In this document: positions 1-16,930 of the stretch, one piece after another | How positions within the stretch are numbered: position 1 is the first letter of the stretch | How the letters are laid out: the number at the start of each line of letters is the position of its first letter | Source of the DNA: the human T2T-CHM13v2.0 reference genome, Homo sapiens | Assembly (NCBI RefSeq): GCF_009914755.1 | Contig: NC_060926.1 | Reading direction: 5' to 3' (one strand) | DNA: 64,000 bases | Made by a program: the position numbers and the translations under genes | The notes under the pieces: generated by a model | What the model saw: only the letters and a program-made list of their open reading frames with translations | Databases searched by the model: none | Told to the model about the DNA's origin: nothing

Positions 1-377
<377 letters not shown>

Positions 378-891
378 TTAAAAAACTAAATCAAGATCAT
401 TAGAAAATAATGTTTGCTTCTTCAGTCATTTTGAAATGTGAAAAAATGTGAATAAGAAATATATTAATGTTAAAAACTTCTTGAGTTTAGAATAGTAGGT
501 TCAGAAACAAGTGAATAAAGGAATTTCACCTTAAAAGTAAATAAAAATTAAACTAAACAGATGTGGTTCATAGACCTATGGGAAATGAAGTCTTTGAAAT
601 TCTGGGAGGCCCAGAATTGGTAATTAGTTAACTAGTTCAAAGTCTCATGCGTAGTGAATGACAGAGACTTGTGAAAACCTAGGCAATGTCTACTAGACAG
701 TATAAAATGATTCAAGTTTTCAGCCTCTTGAGAATTTGAATTTTTAAATGTTATATTGTATTTGAATTTGCTTTTAAATTCATTAAATATGTATTGTCTT
801 CAATTTTTTAAAAATAGTGTTTCTGGTTATAAAAGTACATATGTCCTTTGTAGACAATTTTAAAATAAAGTATAAATTAAAAACCATCTCT

Positions 892-1212
<321 letters not shown>

Positions 1213-1244
1213 TTAATATTTTGGTGTATCTCCTTCTAAGGCTA

Positions 1245-1398
1245 TTTCTTTTTTTATTTTCGTTTTTATTTCTTGTAGAGATAGGTTCTCACTATATCGC
1301 CCAGGCTGGTCTCAAACTCCTTGGCCTCAAGCAGTCATTCTACCTCAGCTTCCCAAAGTGTTGGGATTATAGGCGTGAGCCACCACACCCTGCCAAGC
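1245..1398 (-). mobile_element. FLAM / Alu left monomer
   Basis: Reverse left-arm sequence with T-rich tail. Confidence 0.85.
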
Positions 1399-1519
1399 CT
1401 ATTTCTTATGCATATAATTAAAATTATTGTACATAAAATTTTGTCTCTTCTTTTCTTTGCTTAATATTATATTGTATCATATCTCTTTAAGTTATTAAAG
1501 GTTCTTCATAAATATATAA

Positions 1520-1808
1520 TTTTTTTTGAGACAGAGTCTCACTCTGTTGCCCAGACTGGAGTGCAATGGCCCATCTTGGCTCACTGCAACCTCTGCCTCC
1601 TGGGTTCGAGTGGTTCTCCTACCTCAGCCTCCCAAGTAGCTGAGATGACAGGTGTGTGCCACCACGCCCTGCTGATTTTTGAATTTTTAGTAGAGACAGG
1701 GTTTCACCAGGTTGGCCAGGCTAGTCTTGAACTCCTGACCTCAGGTGATCCACCAGCCTCGAGCTCCCAAAGTGCTGGGATTACAGGCGTGAGCCACTGT
1801 GCCTGGCC
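1520..1808 (-). mobile_element. AluS (Sx-like)
   Basis: Full reverse dimer. Confidence 0.92.
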
Positions 1809-1898
1809 TCATAAATATAATTTTAAATGCCTTCAGAGTATTCTCTCTTATAGCTACATCACAATTTGCTTAATATCCATCTCTTTATTATTGGATAT

Positions 1899-2215
1899 TG
1901 TAGGAGCTCAGAACACGATACCCTAATGGATGGCACTTTGGCATGCTGAGTGTTTTGAGCTGAAGGAGACTGGAAGAGCCTCAGAAACAGCAAGCTCCCT
2001 CTGACCTTCTCCCTCCCTCCTTTCTCTTTCTCCCATTTCTCCACAGAAGCAGGTGATAGAAAATGGAATTATTCTTCCTTAAGGAAGATAGTAGAAACTA
2101 GAACTTCTTACCCCTAAAGCAAGCCAGAAAACCTAGAAATTAACCTCTGAGCATCTCCCTTCTCCCCTGAAGACCCTCATGTGACAGGCATCCTGCCCTG
2201 TACCTGGAGAAAAGA
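1899..2215 (+). mobile_element. ERV1 LTR 5' part (MER34/MER39-like)
   Basis: tgtaggagctcagaacacgatacc...ctttggcatgctgagtg...ctctgaccttctcc resembles recalled MER34/39 LTR starts. Confidence 0.65.
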
Positions 2216-2217
2216 GT

Positions 2218-2430
2218 ACTACTTTTGTATTTTTAGACATAATGCTATTGCACCCTTGATAGACTACAGTATGGTGCAAACACAACTTTTCCCCCTCCTC
2301 TACTGTGAAGGGAACATAACTTTTATATGCACTGAGAAACCAAAAAAATTTGTGTGACTCACCTTGTCGTGATATTTGCTTTATTTCGGCGGTCTGGAAC
2401 TGAAACTGCAATATCTGCGAGGTTTATCTG
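2218..2430 (+). mobile_element. Tigger1 3' end with terminal inverted repeat
   Basis: Reverse complement of the terminal ~200 bp of the element at 19990; ends gcaatatctgcgaggtttatctg followed by TA. Confidence 0.8.
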
Positions 2431-2574
2431 TACACGTTTTGCCCCTATGACATTTAGGCCATTTACAATTTTTGTTATAAATAATGTGGTGATCTGCTTC
2501 TTTGTGTATAAAGCCTTTGTCTACCTTTCAAATTATTATTTAATGAGAGTTCTAGAAGTAGAATTACTATGTAA

Positions 2575-3023
<449 letters not shown>

Positions 3024-3423
3024 TAAGAATAATAAGACCTAATATTCACGAGGCATTTATTTGTTAACCAAGTACTAGTTACTATATATGTAACAGCTCA
3101 TCTTTAAAATCTTGTATACTGTTGGTGAAAAAGTTGTCTGTTGTTTTAATTTTATTTATTGATTAATAGTGATATTTAGCTATATTTAAATTTTAAGTTA
3201 TTTGTAAGTATTTGTAGTTGTAAGCTATTTTTCTATTATGAATTACCATCCTTATTGTTTTACATGAGCTGTTTATATATTGCTGTATTAACCCTCTGTC
3301 AGGTCTGCTTTAGCTATTTTTTGAGTTGTTTTTATTGTTTTGGTTTTTTATTGATACACATTACATATTTATTAAGTATATGTAATATTTTGTGGTTTTT
3401 TAAATTTTATTTTATTAAAAAGT

Positions 3424-3605
3424 TTTTGGTTTTGAGACAAAGTCTCACTCTGTTGCCCAGACTGTGGCACAGTGGCATGATCACAGCTCATTGCAGCCTC
3501 AACCTCCTGGGCTCAAGTGATCCTCCCACCTCAGCCTCCCAAGTAGATGGACCACAGGCATGTGCCACCATGCCTGGCTAATTTGTTTTTATTTTTTGTA
3601 GAAAT
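3424..3605 (-). mobile_element. AluJ right arm, fused to L1
   Basis: Reverse right arm and linker ending ttttttgtagaaatg. Confidence 0.85.
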
Positions 3606-5645
3606 GTCTATTCATCTCCTTTGCCCACTTTTCAATGGGATTACTTGAGTTGTTTGAGTTCCTTGTATAATCTGGATATAATTCCCTTGTGGGATGAATA
3701 GTTTGCAAACATTTTCTCCTATTAAACAGGTTGTCTCTTCACTTCGTTGATTGTTTCCTTTGCTGTGCAGAAGTTTTTTAGTTTAATATAGTCCTATTTG
3801 CTTACTTTTGTGGGGGTTTTTTTCTGTGCTTTTGAGGTCTTAGCCATAAACTCTTGCCCTACACCTGTGTCCTAAAGTGTTTTCCCTATGTTTTCTTCCA
3901 GTAGCTTTTAGTTGTAGGTCTTATATTTATGTCTTTGCTCCATCTTGAGTTTATTTTTGCATATGGTGATGGACAGGGTTCCAATTTCATTTTTCTGTAG
4001 AAGCATATCCAATTTTCTAAGCACCAATTATTGAAGAGGGTGTCCTTTTCTCAATGTCTGTTATTGGCACCTTTGTAGACAATCAGTTGGCTGGAAATAA
4101 GTGGATTTACTTCCGGATTCTGTGTTCTGTGGTCTATGTGTCTGTTTTTATACCAATACCACCCTACTTTGATTGCTATGCTATAACCTTGTAATATATT
4201 TTGAAGTCAGGTAGTGTGATGCCTCTTGCTTTGTTCTTTTTACTCAGGATTGCTTTGGCTCTTCAAGCTCTTTTTTGATTCTACATGAATTTTAGGATTT
4301 TTTCCCCTATTTCTGTAAAAAATGACATTGGTCTTTTCATAGGAGTTGCATTGAATCTGATTATTGCTTTGGGTAGTTTGGTCATTTTAAGAGCGTTAAT
4401 TCTTCTGATCTATGAACAAAATATGTCTTTTCATTTGTTTGTGTCCTCTTCAATTTCTTTCATCAGCATTTTGTAGTTTCCCTTATAGAAGTCTTTCACT
4501 TCCTTGGTTAAATTTATTCTTAGTCATTTCTCTTTTGTAGCTACTGTAAATGGGATTACCTTCTTGATTTCTTTCTCAGCTAGTTCATTATTGGTGTATA
4601 GAAATGCTACTGATTTTTGTACATTGATTTTGTATCCTGCAAATTTAATGAATTCATTTATCAGTTCTAAAAGTTTTTGGGTGCACCCTTTAGGTTTTTC
4701 TAGATATAAGATCATGTCATCTGCAAAGGGGAACAATTTGACTTCCTCTTTTCCAATCTGGATGCCTTTTATTTCTTCCTCTTGCCTGATTGCTCTGGCT
4801 AGGACTTTCAATCCTGTGTTGAATAGGAGTGGTGCAAGTGGGCATCCTTGTCTTGTTCCAGTTCTTAGGGGAAAGGCTTTCATCTTTTCCCCATTCAGTA
4901 TGATGTTAGCTGTGGGTTTGTCCTATATGGCCTTTAGTATGTTGAGGTATGTTCCTTCTATGCCTAGTTTGTTGGGAATTCTTACCATGAAGGTATGTTG
5001 AATTTTATCAAATGCTTTTTCTGGGTCAATTGAGATGATCATATAGTTTTTGTCCTTCATTCTGTTGATGTAATGTATCACATTTATTGATTGGCGTATG
5101 TTGAACCATCCTTACATCCCTGAGATAAATCTCTCTTAATAATGGTGTATTACCTTTTTGATGTGCTGTTGGATTCAGTTTGCTAGTATTTCATTGAGGA
5201 TTTTTGCATCTGTGTTCATCGGGGATAATGACCTTAGTTTTCTTTTTTTGTTGTTTGGTCCTTGTCTTAGTTTGGTATAAGGATAATGCTGGCCTCATAG
5301 AATGAGTTAGGAAGAATTCTCTCCTCTTCACTTTTTTGGAATAGTTTGAGAAGAATTGGTGTTAGTTCTTTGTAAGTTTGGTAGAATTCAGCAGTGAAGC
5401 CATCTGGTCCTGGACTTTTCTTTGTTGAGAGACTTTTTATTACTGATTTAATTTCATTACTCATTATTGGTCTGTTCAGGTTTCCATATTTTTCTTATTC
5501 AATCTTGGTAGGCTGTATGTGTCCAATAATTTGTTCATTTCCTCTAGGTTTTCCAGTTTGTTAGTGTATAGTTGTTCATAACAGTCTCTGATGATTTTTT
5601 GTATTTCTGTGGCATCAGTTACAATGTCTCCTTTTTCATTTCTGA

Positions 5646-6038
<393 letters not shown>

Positions 6039-6119
6039 TAAGTCTGTATTTCATTTAATTCTGCTCTGATCTTTATTATTAATTTTATTCTACTAATTTG
6101 GGGTTTGGATTGTTCTTGC

Positions 6120-6431
6120 TTTTTTTTTTCCTTTGAGTCAGGGTCTTGCTCTGTTGCCCAGGCTGGAGTACAATGGCTCTATGATGGCTTATTCCAGCCT
6201 TGACCCTCTGGGCTCAAGTGAACCTCCCACTTTAGCATCCTAAGTGGCTGGGACCACAATTGTGCACCACTGTGTCTGGCTAAACTTTTTTAATGTTTTG
6301 TAGAGACAGGGTCTCCCTATGTTGCCTAAGTATGTTGCCTAAGCTGGTCTCAAACTCCTGGGCTCAAGCCATCCTCCTGATTCAGCCTCCCAAAGTGCTG
6401 GGACTACAGGAGTGAGCCACCATGCCTGGCC
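6120..6431 (-). mobile_element. AluJ inserted in L1
   Basis: TSD gttcttgcttt; internal 13-bp tandem duplication tatgttgcctaag. Confidence 0.9.
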
Positions 6432-8734
6432 CGTTCTTGCTTTTCCAGTTCCTTGAAGGCATCTTTAGATCATTTATTTGAAATCTTCCTACTTTTTTGA
6501 TGTAGGTGTTTATTGATATAAACTCCCCTCTTAGCACTGCTTTTGCTGTATCCCATAGGTTTTCGTACGTTCTATGTCAATTTCCATTTGTTTCAATAAA
6601 TTTTTTTTAAATTTTCTTTAAGATATTTTACGTTTCTTCTATGTTGTGGAATCTATTGAGTTTTACTTTATGATTCATCCTTGCTTTTTAAAACATTTAA
6701 TTTTATTTAATGGTTCAGTAATAATAAAGATACCCTTTTACATGTTTACAGTACCTCATTGTTTACATACACTATTTCAAGCTTTTGGAATAGGGACAAC
6801 TAAAACAGATTCTTGTGTAAATGAGTTTCTTTATATAACTTCACATTCTTTATGTAATGGTTCTTTTGAAGCTTAACAAGTTCTTTCTCAACAACTGTAT
6901 TTTTTTAATGTGGAATTGACTAAGTATATGAAAATATGAAATAAACAAAATAAAATGGAAAACTATGAGGTCCTTAGAAGTCACATTACATCCCTATATT
7001 TGGTGACATTTAAAGAGATGAATGACATCATTGAGAAGTAAGGAGAAATACAGTGCAGCAAATCAAGAACATGCCACTCATGTAAGAGTGAACATCTATC
7101 TCCAGGCATGAGAAAGGTCTAGAGCGTTCTTAACAAAATGCTGTCAGTGTTTATTTCTCAGTCTTGAGACGTCAGATGATTTTTATGATCTTCTTTGTGC
7201 TTTTCTAATTTGTTTAATATTTTACAGTAAGCATGTATCATTTTTACTAAAATATCCGCGTTATTGTTTAAAACAGGAACAAAATTTTTCTACATGCACA
7301 AGGATAATAGTATTTGTCTATATTTTTTTCTGGTCTTTTAATTAAGTGTTTATACACACAGAGAGACAGGAATAAAGTTTTCCTTAGCATTTAAATAATT
7401 TCCAAGAAGTATATACATTCCTACATATGGGTTAAATAAACACACATATGTCAATAAACATATATTCTAACAAACTCAGGCCTGCTAAATGCGGCTAAAA
7501 GTTCCCAGTGAAAAGAACTCTTAGGTGAGCTATATTTTCTAATCTGCAGACCCTCCTACTGCATAACTCTGGATGATGTCATACAAACCTCTTCCTGCAT
7601 CTGGGACTCTTTCCAGCTGCTACATGTGGGAGCTTCCCGTTTTTGTTCTAATTGAGTGATGTTTACTGGAAATGGAGTCTGCTAATAAGATCTCAGTTCA
7701 GATAGCTTTGTGGGGACAGGAAGAATGATTGTGAGATGAATTTGGCCAAAAACCTTTACTTTCTCCCTTGTCATTATCTTGTTTTGATAGGTTGGCTTAG
7801 TTTTGTTTTGAAATTACCTCTTCTGAGAAACCAAAGAGGAACGATATGCGCTGTCTTCTTCTTCCTCCTCCTCCTCCTCCTTTTCCTCTTCCTACCAAGA
7901 CTCCCAACTCAGACTGTTTTTCAGTCTGTCCCTCCATACATACCTGCACACTCACACATCTACTAGAGAGTATATGGAGACAGCCAAGAGCCCTTAGAAA
8001 GATAGCTGGGTAATGTACTACTCTGTTCTCTTGAATTTGGATGGAACTTATGACAACACTTAGATGTGAACAAATAAGGCAAGAGAATTTGTCCCAGATT
8101 GCACAGCTGGTTATGGCAGAACAAAGCGGTGGTGAACCTAGATTTCATATCTCCTAGCTCAGGGCCTCTGGATTAAAACCCATAAACATTGTTCACATTT
8201 TTTTGGAACTATGCATAAGGGCAACTTAGAGAGTTCCAGGTAAGAGAATGCAGCATAACAAGAGTTGATTGTTTTAAGTTGTGTTATGTTAAAGATCAGC
8301 TAAGTAAAATTAAAGAGAAAAGCTGCTAAATATACTGAATTATTTCATTTTTGTGGATCTCCTTGATTGTGATTTGCGAGCTCAGAAGTATTAACAGTTT
8401 TTCTCAAAAATTTTAAGATGAAAAATTCTCAAGTCCAATTAATTGAAAAGCTTAAGACTACTCTATACCATGCTTCACTTTAGAAAGTAGGGAGCTTGTT
8501 GCAAATTCAAACAAGGATGTGGTGTCACAACTCATGAAAGGAATCTCTTATCAAATATCTATCCTACCATCAAATTGCCATTACATCTGCCCGAATGTAC
8601 ATGGGACACAGTTGCGTCAGAAAGGCTAAAGCTCCAAATAAGTTCACATTATTCTGAAACTATCAGATTATGTGATGGATATAATTTGGGTGTTACAGTC
8701 TTTGTAGTAAAGTTTGAGGAATGACACCAGGTAT

Positions 8735-9001
8735 GGTCGAGTGCAGTGGCTCATGCCTATAAGATGAGCCTAGGCAACATGGTGAGATCCCATCTCTACA
8801 AAAAATACAAAAATTATCCAGGCATGGTGGGGTGGTGTGCACCTGTAGTCCCAGCTACTCAGGAGGTTCCAGTGGGAGGATTACTTGAAACCAGGAGGTT
8901 GAGACTGTAGTGAGCCATGTTTGTGCCACTGTACTCCAGCCTGGGCAACAGAGCAAGACTGTCTCAAAAAAAAAAAAAAAAGAAAGAAAGAGAAAAAAAA
9001 A
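8735..9001 (+). mobile_element. AluJ with left-arm deletion
   Basis: Alu dimer lacking part of the left arm; A-rich tail. Confidence 0.85.
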
Positions 9002-10350
9002 CCCCATCAGGTAAAATGTAGGGCCACTGTCAATGGGGGACATAGAGAAAACAGAGATCTTCAGTTCTCTTCTGCTTCTAACTTTCGGGACAAGGACATT
9101 TTTTCTCCACATGTTATCAGTAAGGTGAGGAGAAATAGAGAAAGAGCATAAACTTTGGTAAGCGAAGATAGAAGCCCAAGATGGAATAATAGAGTGAGAA
9201 AGAGCCCAAAGCTGCTCCAAGTGATTTCAAGTCCCCAGTTTTGAAGAATGATGTCTTTGGGTCTTGAGAAAACATTGTTGTGGGATCACCAACAATCGTC
9301 AGGGATATTTGGGGCATCATAGAGAATAGGAGAGATTCCAGAAGACTGGTAACAGTGGAGTATTCTGATTTTCAGAAAGAGAAAGCAGAGCCAGAAAAAA
9401 ATGTAGATAATGGTCTGTAACCTCAATCTCAGGCCAGAGTCTAGAAGGGGGGATTATTAGAGGAACAGTTTCAGGCACTAGATAAAAAAGGAATGATTAA
9501 GATCCAGATGAGTTCACTAAAAACAAGTCAGGGCTAATTTATCTCTTGGCTTTGACAGAGTTACCAGCCCAGTACCTCAGGGAATGCCCATACATATAGA
9601 ATATTTTGTTATCAGTTAGACATTTAATAAAGTTTTTTTTTCATGATATTCTTTTGGACAAGACAGAGAGATATAAACTGAATTGTGGCACACTGAATGA
9701 ATTAGAAACCAGTCAATTGTACGCACAGGTGCTGGCTAACAAACTGTAAAGAAGCATGCAGTGGTGAGTCCCAGGCTGTGTCTGTCCTTCACTGTCTCCT
9801 CATAAATGCTTTCAGAATAAATATACAGAAGGTGTGCTCATCAGATTTATAGGCAACATGAAGTTAGAGGGTATGATGAATACTTGAATGGCAGAACGAA
9901 AATTCCTAGGTTGAATCTAAAAGGATGAAATTTAAGGGTGATTAATATGAGGTCTAAGGAATTAAATCTATCAGTGAGAATAAGCAATACTTGCTTTAAC
10001 GGTAACTAAGAGCCTTAACTCAATATGAGTCAGAAGTGTAACGTGGTTGCCAAAAAAACTAAGATTTTAGGCTGTATCCAGTGGTGTGGTAAATATTTAA
10101 CAACTGGCCCTGGGTTGGGGGCGGAGAGAGGGAGGGACCTTGATTTATAGCTCTGACCAATCTCTGTAGTGTAAATACTCTCACCTTGGCCAGTTTCAAG
10201 GTACTGACTTTGTGGCACTGAACTCAGAGGTTGGAAGAGATGTGTGATAGCATGCCATTATGTGGTATTTCCACCACACAGATGCAGTAGATGTGATTAA
10301 CCTCAAGAGGAGAGATAATAATTAAACACAGTAAAATTACTAGGAAGTAG

Positions 10351-11034
<684 letters not shown>

Positions 11035-11501
11035 ATAATTTAACTTTTAATTAGAACTGCATTTTACAACTAGCTCAGAAAATTCTTGAACATTTAACTA
11101 TCAGCTCTTGCAAGTTTGTGCACATGGGCTCTGGACCATGGTAACCAGAAATGCAGTCACTGGTAGAAGGGAGGTGATAACCCTGCTGTTCTCTGCATTT
11201 GTCAGGACACACCCAGATCCCTTTATTCCAGAACACATAACTTAAAGTCACACTTTCCTGAGATCAGAGCAGAGGATGGCAGAGAACCAAAGTCACGAGT
11301 GTGTGAAACAACGGAGAGGAGCGGCGCTGTGCAGCCTGGAGCTCAAGACACTTGCATGAGCGGTGAGATGAGAGGGACAGGGGAGAGCTTGTTTTCAAAT
11401 ATTTGAGAGGCTGTTGTGTAAGGAAGGATTAGGGCTCTAATTGGTGGGTAGAAAAGGATACAAGGAGACAGATTTCTGTTCAGTATAAGGAAGACATTTC
11501 T

Positions 11502-11800
<299 letters not shown>

Positions 11801-12019
11801 GATATTTTTGGGAAGGAGAGAAAAAAGAAAGAAATTTCTTACAGGCAAAGCTATCTAAAGAGGAATGGGCTGAAGGCAATCCTGCAGAATATGGGCAATG
11901 ACCTTTAGGGATGGTGTAGAGATGGTTCACGCATCAAAAGAGGGGATGGGGCTGGATAATCTTGAAGACGTCCCCCAAGTCTCTGACTACCTGATTTTTG
12001 ATCCATTGTGCTTTCTAGT

Positions 12020-12072
12020 TGCCTCAGCCTCCCAAAGTGCTGGGATTACAGGCGTGGGCTGCCGCGCCCAGC
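12020..12072 (-). mobile_element. Alu 5' fragment
   Basis: gcctcagcctcccaaagtgctgggattacaggcg. Confidence 0.8.
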
Positions 12073-12079
12073 TTACAAC

Positions 12080-14400
12080 TATCAATTTTATATCTAATCT
12101 TACATCATCTATCCTCCCATCTACCTACCATCCATTCCTCCAGATTCTTGTGGAACAAATGCCTGAACATATCATTGAGTCCATAAACACGTCAGTATGC
12201 ATCTCTAAAACATAAGAGCATTTTGAAAATATACCCACAATACTTTTATCACACTTAAGAAATTAATATTGATTCTCTAATATCATCTAATATCCAGTCA
12301 TTATTTAAATTTTCCCATTTGTGTCATAAACTTTTTATTTGAGCTTGCTCAAGTCAGGATGTAGGGTCCACACATCGCCATGGTTAGATGGGTTTCTTAA
12401 ACCTCTTTTAGGCTGTAAGTTTCCCTTTCATTATTTATTTGTTGAAGGTGCCGTGTTATTTGTCATATAGAATTTCCCAGTCTGAATTTTTAAAAATTGC
12501 ATTATGGCATATTTAACAAGTTCCTCTTTCCCCTATATTTTCTGTGATAACGTTTATGTTTGATTCTTTGGGAAGGAATGCTTTGTTGGTGGTGTCCTGT
12601 ATTTCTCACTAGGAGAATAGTGGGATTTTGATTTTGTTTTATAGGGATTGCTTTTCAATTCAACTAGGAGAATAGTGAGAAATACAGTGAGAAATTGTGA
12701 CGTCAGCAGCCACTGATGATAAGCGTCTAGATCTGTTAATTCATTTGCAGTTCTAAACGGTGATCTTCTAATTTTCTCATTGCTCCTTTAATTATTAGCT
12801 GGAATACTTTTATAAAGAGAAATATCCCCTTTTCAATGATATGGTTACGCTGAAGTACAGAAAATGTAAGATAAATGCTTCATTACCTGTGAAATTCAAA
12901 GCAATGAGTTGGCTCCCAAGCATCTGCCTAGGAAGAACAATGAGCTGTTTTGTTTCTTTTTAAGCATTATGATGAACTAATGGATTTAAAAATATTTGAT
13001 GTGTTTTAATCAATTGCTATTGTTATTTTTATTAATATTCAACTTGGCTTCCAAGTCTTTTTAACATGATCTGACTTATTTCCTTGATTTCTAATATGAC
13101 AAGATCTCTTACATTCCACATTCAACTCATGTATTTTCTGCCCCAGATCAGGAATTGGCCATTTCTCCAAAGAGTCCTGGTTCCTTTCAATGGGAAATGA
13201 AATTTAGAGACCAAACTCTGGGCTCCAGTGTTGTCAGCCTACTAGGTTGATCATAGTTTCTGGGGCTTTTTAGTAGAAAGAATTAGGAAGTTCTCCTTCC
13301 TTTCTTCTTCCTCCTCTCCTTTCTCTTCTTCCTCTTCGAAAATATATTGTGGTTCATACGACATTTTCTTTTCTTTTCCTTTTTTTTTGGAGACAGAGTT
13401 TCACTTTGTCACTCAGGCTGGAGTAAAGTGGCATGATCATAGTCCACCGCAGCCTTGAACTGGGTTCAAGTGATCCTCCTGCCTCAGCCTCCTGAGTAGC
13501 TGGGATTATAGGCACATACCACCATATCTTACTAATTTTTTTATTTTTATAGAGAGAGGGTCTTACTATTTTGCCCAGGCTGGTCTCAAATTTCTGGCCT
13601 CAAGTGATCCTCCTGCCTTGACCTCCCAAAGTGCTGGGATTACAGACATGAGCCACCATGACCAGCCCATATGACATTTCAAACAAGACTACGAGATGTT
13701 TTTTCAACCTCGTCAATCTCACATTTATACTTTTTTTCCCTTATTGAAAATCCCAATTCTCAAAGACATCAATAAAATTACTTATTTGCTTTATTTCACA
13801 AAAAAAATGCAACTGTCTTACAATAACTGTTCTAAGACCCACCACCAACCATATGACTATTGAAATACATTTAAGGTCGTTATGTAGTTCTTTTTGGTTT
13901 TATGGCGTATCATAATAATGAAAATCAAATTAAAGTCACTTGAAGTAGTTCCTTCCTGTGTGGTTATTCCGCCAACTCAGAGTGTACATTTCAGTTCATT
14001 TGTTTCATTTTGGTTTTGTTTCATAGGGATTGCTTTTCAATTAAAAATATTTTATAATTATGTAAAATGATTACAAATTTCTAAAGTCAAATCTACAACA
14101 GCAGGCATATTCAGAGGAGTGTGACTTCTATCCCAGTCCCTCTACCCTATCTACTTCCCAACAAAGTCTTTTTTAAGAAATAAAGTTTTATGGCATATTC
14201 TCTCATTAAAAAAATAAGGAAACATTTTCATATATCAAATTCTCTCTTTTTAGATAAACAGTAGCATACTATAGACAATTTTTTCTACCTTGTTTTGTTT
14301 TCACTAGCCATAAAGTCTAAGGATCACTCCATATATTCCTCGTTCTTTTTTACAGCTGTGTAGTACTCTGCCATGTGAACTGTGCATAGTATTATTTGGA
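12080..14400 (-). mobile_element. Old L1 3'UTR (L1MC4/5-like)
   Basis: ttatcacacttaagaaattaat...aatatcatctaatatccagtc; ccatttctccaaagagtcctggttcc resemble L1MC 3' regions. Confidence 0.6.
13364..13667 (-). mobile_element. AluJ
   Basis: TSD catacgacattt / catatgacattt. Confidence 0.9.
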
Positions 14401-14416
14401 TGTTAAACACATTTAA

Positions 14417-14897
<481 letters not shown>

Positions 14898-15329
14898 TGA
14901 GCAAAGGTTCTACATTTTTCAAATGATTTTCAGACATCTAAGATTAGCCCTTTATTGGTCCAACCCCTTGAAACCTTATTCCTTTTTAGGTGACAATGCA
15001 TGCTGAGGAGTTCATTTAAAGGTAATTTCTGCAAAACCTTTACCCATCACATGCCATCTCTCCTGAGTAACAAGAGGCCTTGATCTCAAACTCCACATAT
15101 GCCAGGGCATCACCGGTTGCTCTATTAAGCACCATGTTTCAGTGCCTTAGTACTGTTTGTAAAACAAAGCAACTAATAATCAGAATTTATCCTGGGATCT
15201 TATTGGGAAGAAACATCCTGAAATAACCAAGAAATAACAATAATGGTAAATCATATGTATAAATGAATTCTAGAGATGAAGGCTGTGGCAACAGTCTTTC
15301 TTTCCTTTTAATATTCCTTATGTGGGTAG

Positions 15330-15695
<366 letters not shown>

Positions 15696-15835
15696 CTGGT
15701 ACAGTCTTTACACTGAAAAACGGATGCACCTACCACAGTATAAAGATGGGAGTTTACTTTGGAGACAGAAGACAGGAATGAACTGCATCAAAATGATAGG
15801 CTCAAAGTTAAAAATATGAGAACCGTCAGTGATTT

Positions 15836-15898
15836 CACACACACACACACATGCACACACACACACACACACACACAGACGCATGCACATATGCATGC
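15836..15898. repeat. (CA)n microsatellite
   Basis: Interrupted CA run. Confidence 0.95.
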
Positions 15899-16070
15899 CT
15901 ATAGCTTATTTCTTTAGAAACTAGCCACAGAACCCATTGAAACCCAGAGAGCTGTGGAACACAATTAGAAAAGGCCTGGGACAGGAGGGCTGGAGTGAGC
16001 CTTCTGAGCAGCCCAGACCTCACATTAGCAGGACAGAAGTTAGCAGCGTAGAAGCAGCTGGCAGGACTAG

Positions 16071-16517
<447 letters not shown>

Positions 16518-16639
16518 TAAGGAGATCTAACATATGGCATTATAAAATATGAATTTGGGCATGATGATATGCATTATGCAATTTACCATGACATTTATAA
16601 AGTCAAGGGATTTAGGCCTAGAAGTGTCCATGAAAGATT

Positions 16640-16930
16640 CAATGCTTTAGGTCTTCATTTATTTGTTTGTGCTGTGCACTTGGTTTGGAATTCCCTTTCC
16701 CTGTATCATTTCATCCTAATGAACGCCTACTTATTTTTTAAGACTCAATGCTATTACCTCCTCTATAGTTCCATAACAGTATATATATTTCCTGTAACAA
16801 TATTATGTTGTATTATAATTGTTTGCATATTGCCTGTTTTCTACTAGGCTGTCAGTTCTTTTGGGAGAGGAGCCCAGTCTTCATACCTCAGTGACTAACT
16901 TAAAAGACACTTGATGTTTATTAAGTGATG
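16640..16930 (-). mobile_element. L2 fragment
   Basis: ggaattccctttcc...ctacttatttttt aagactcaa...ctactaggctgtcagttc resembles L2. Confidence 0.5.

Noticed and set aside
4504-5001. 165-aa plus-strand ORF
   Set aside because: It is the antisense reading of L1 ORF2.
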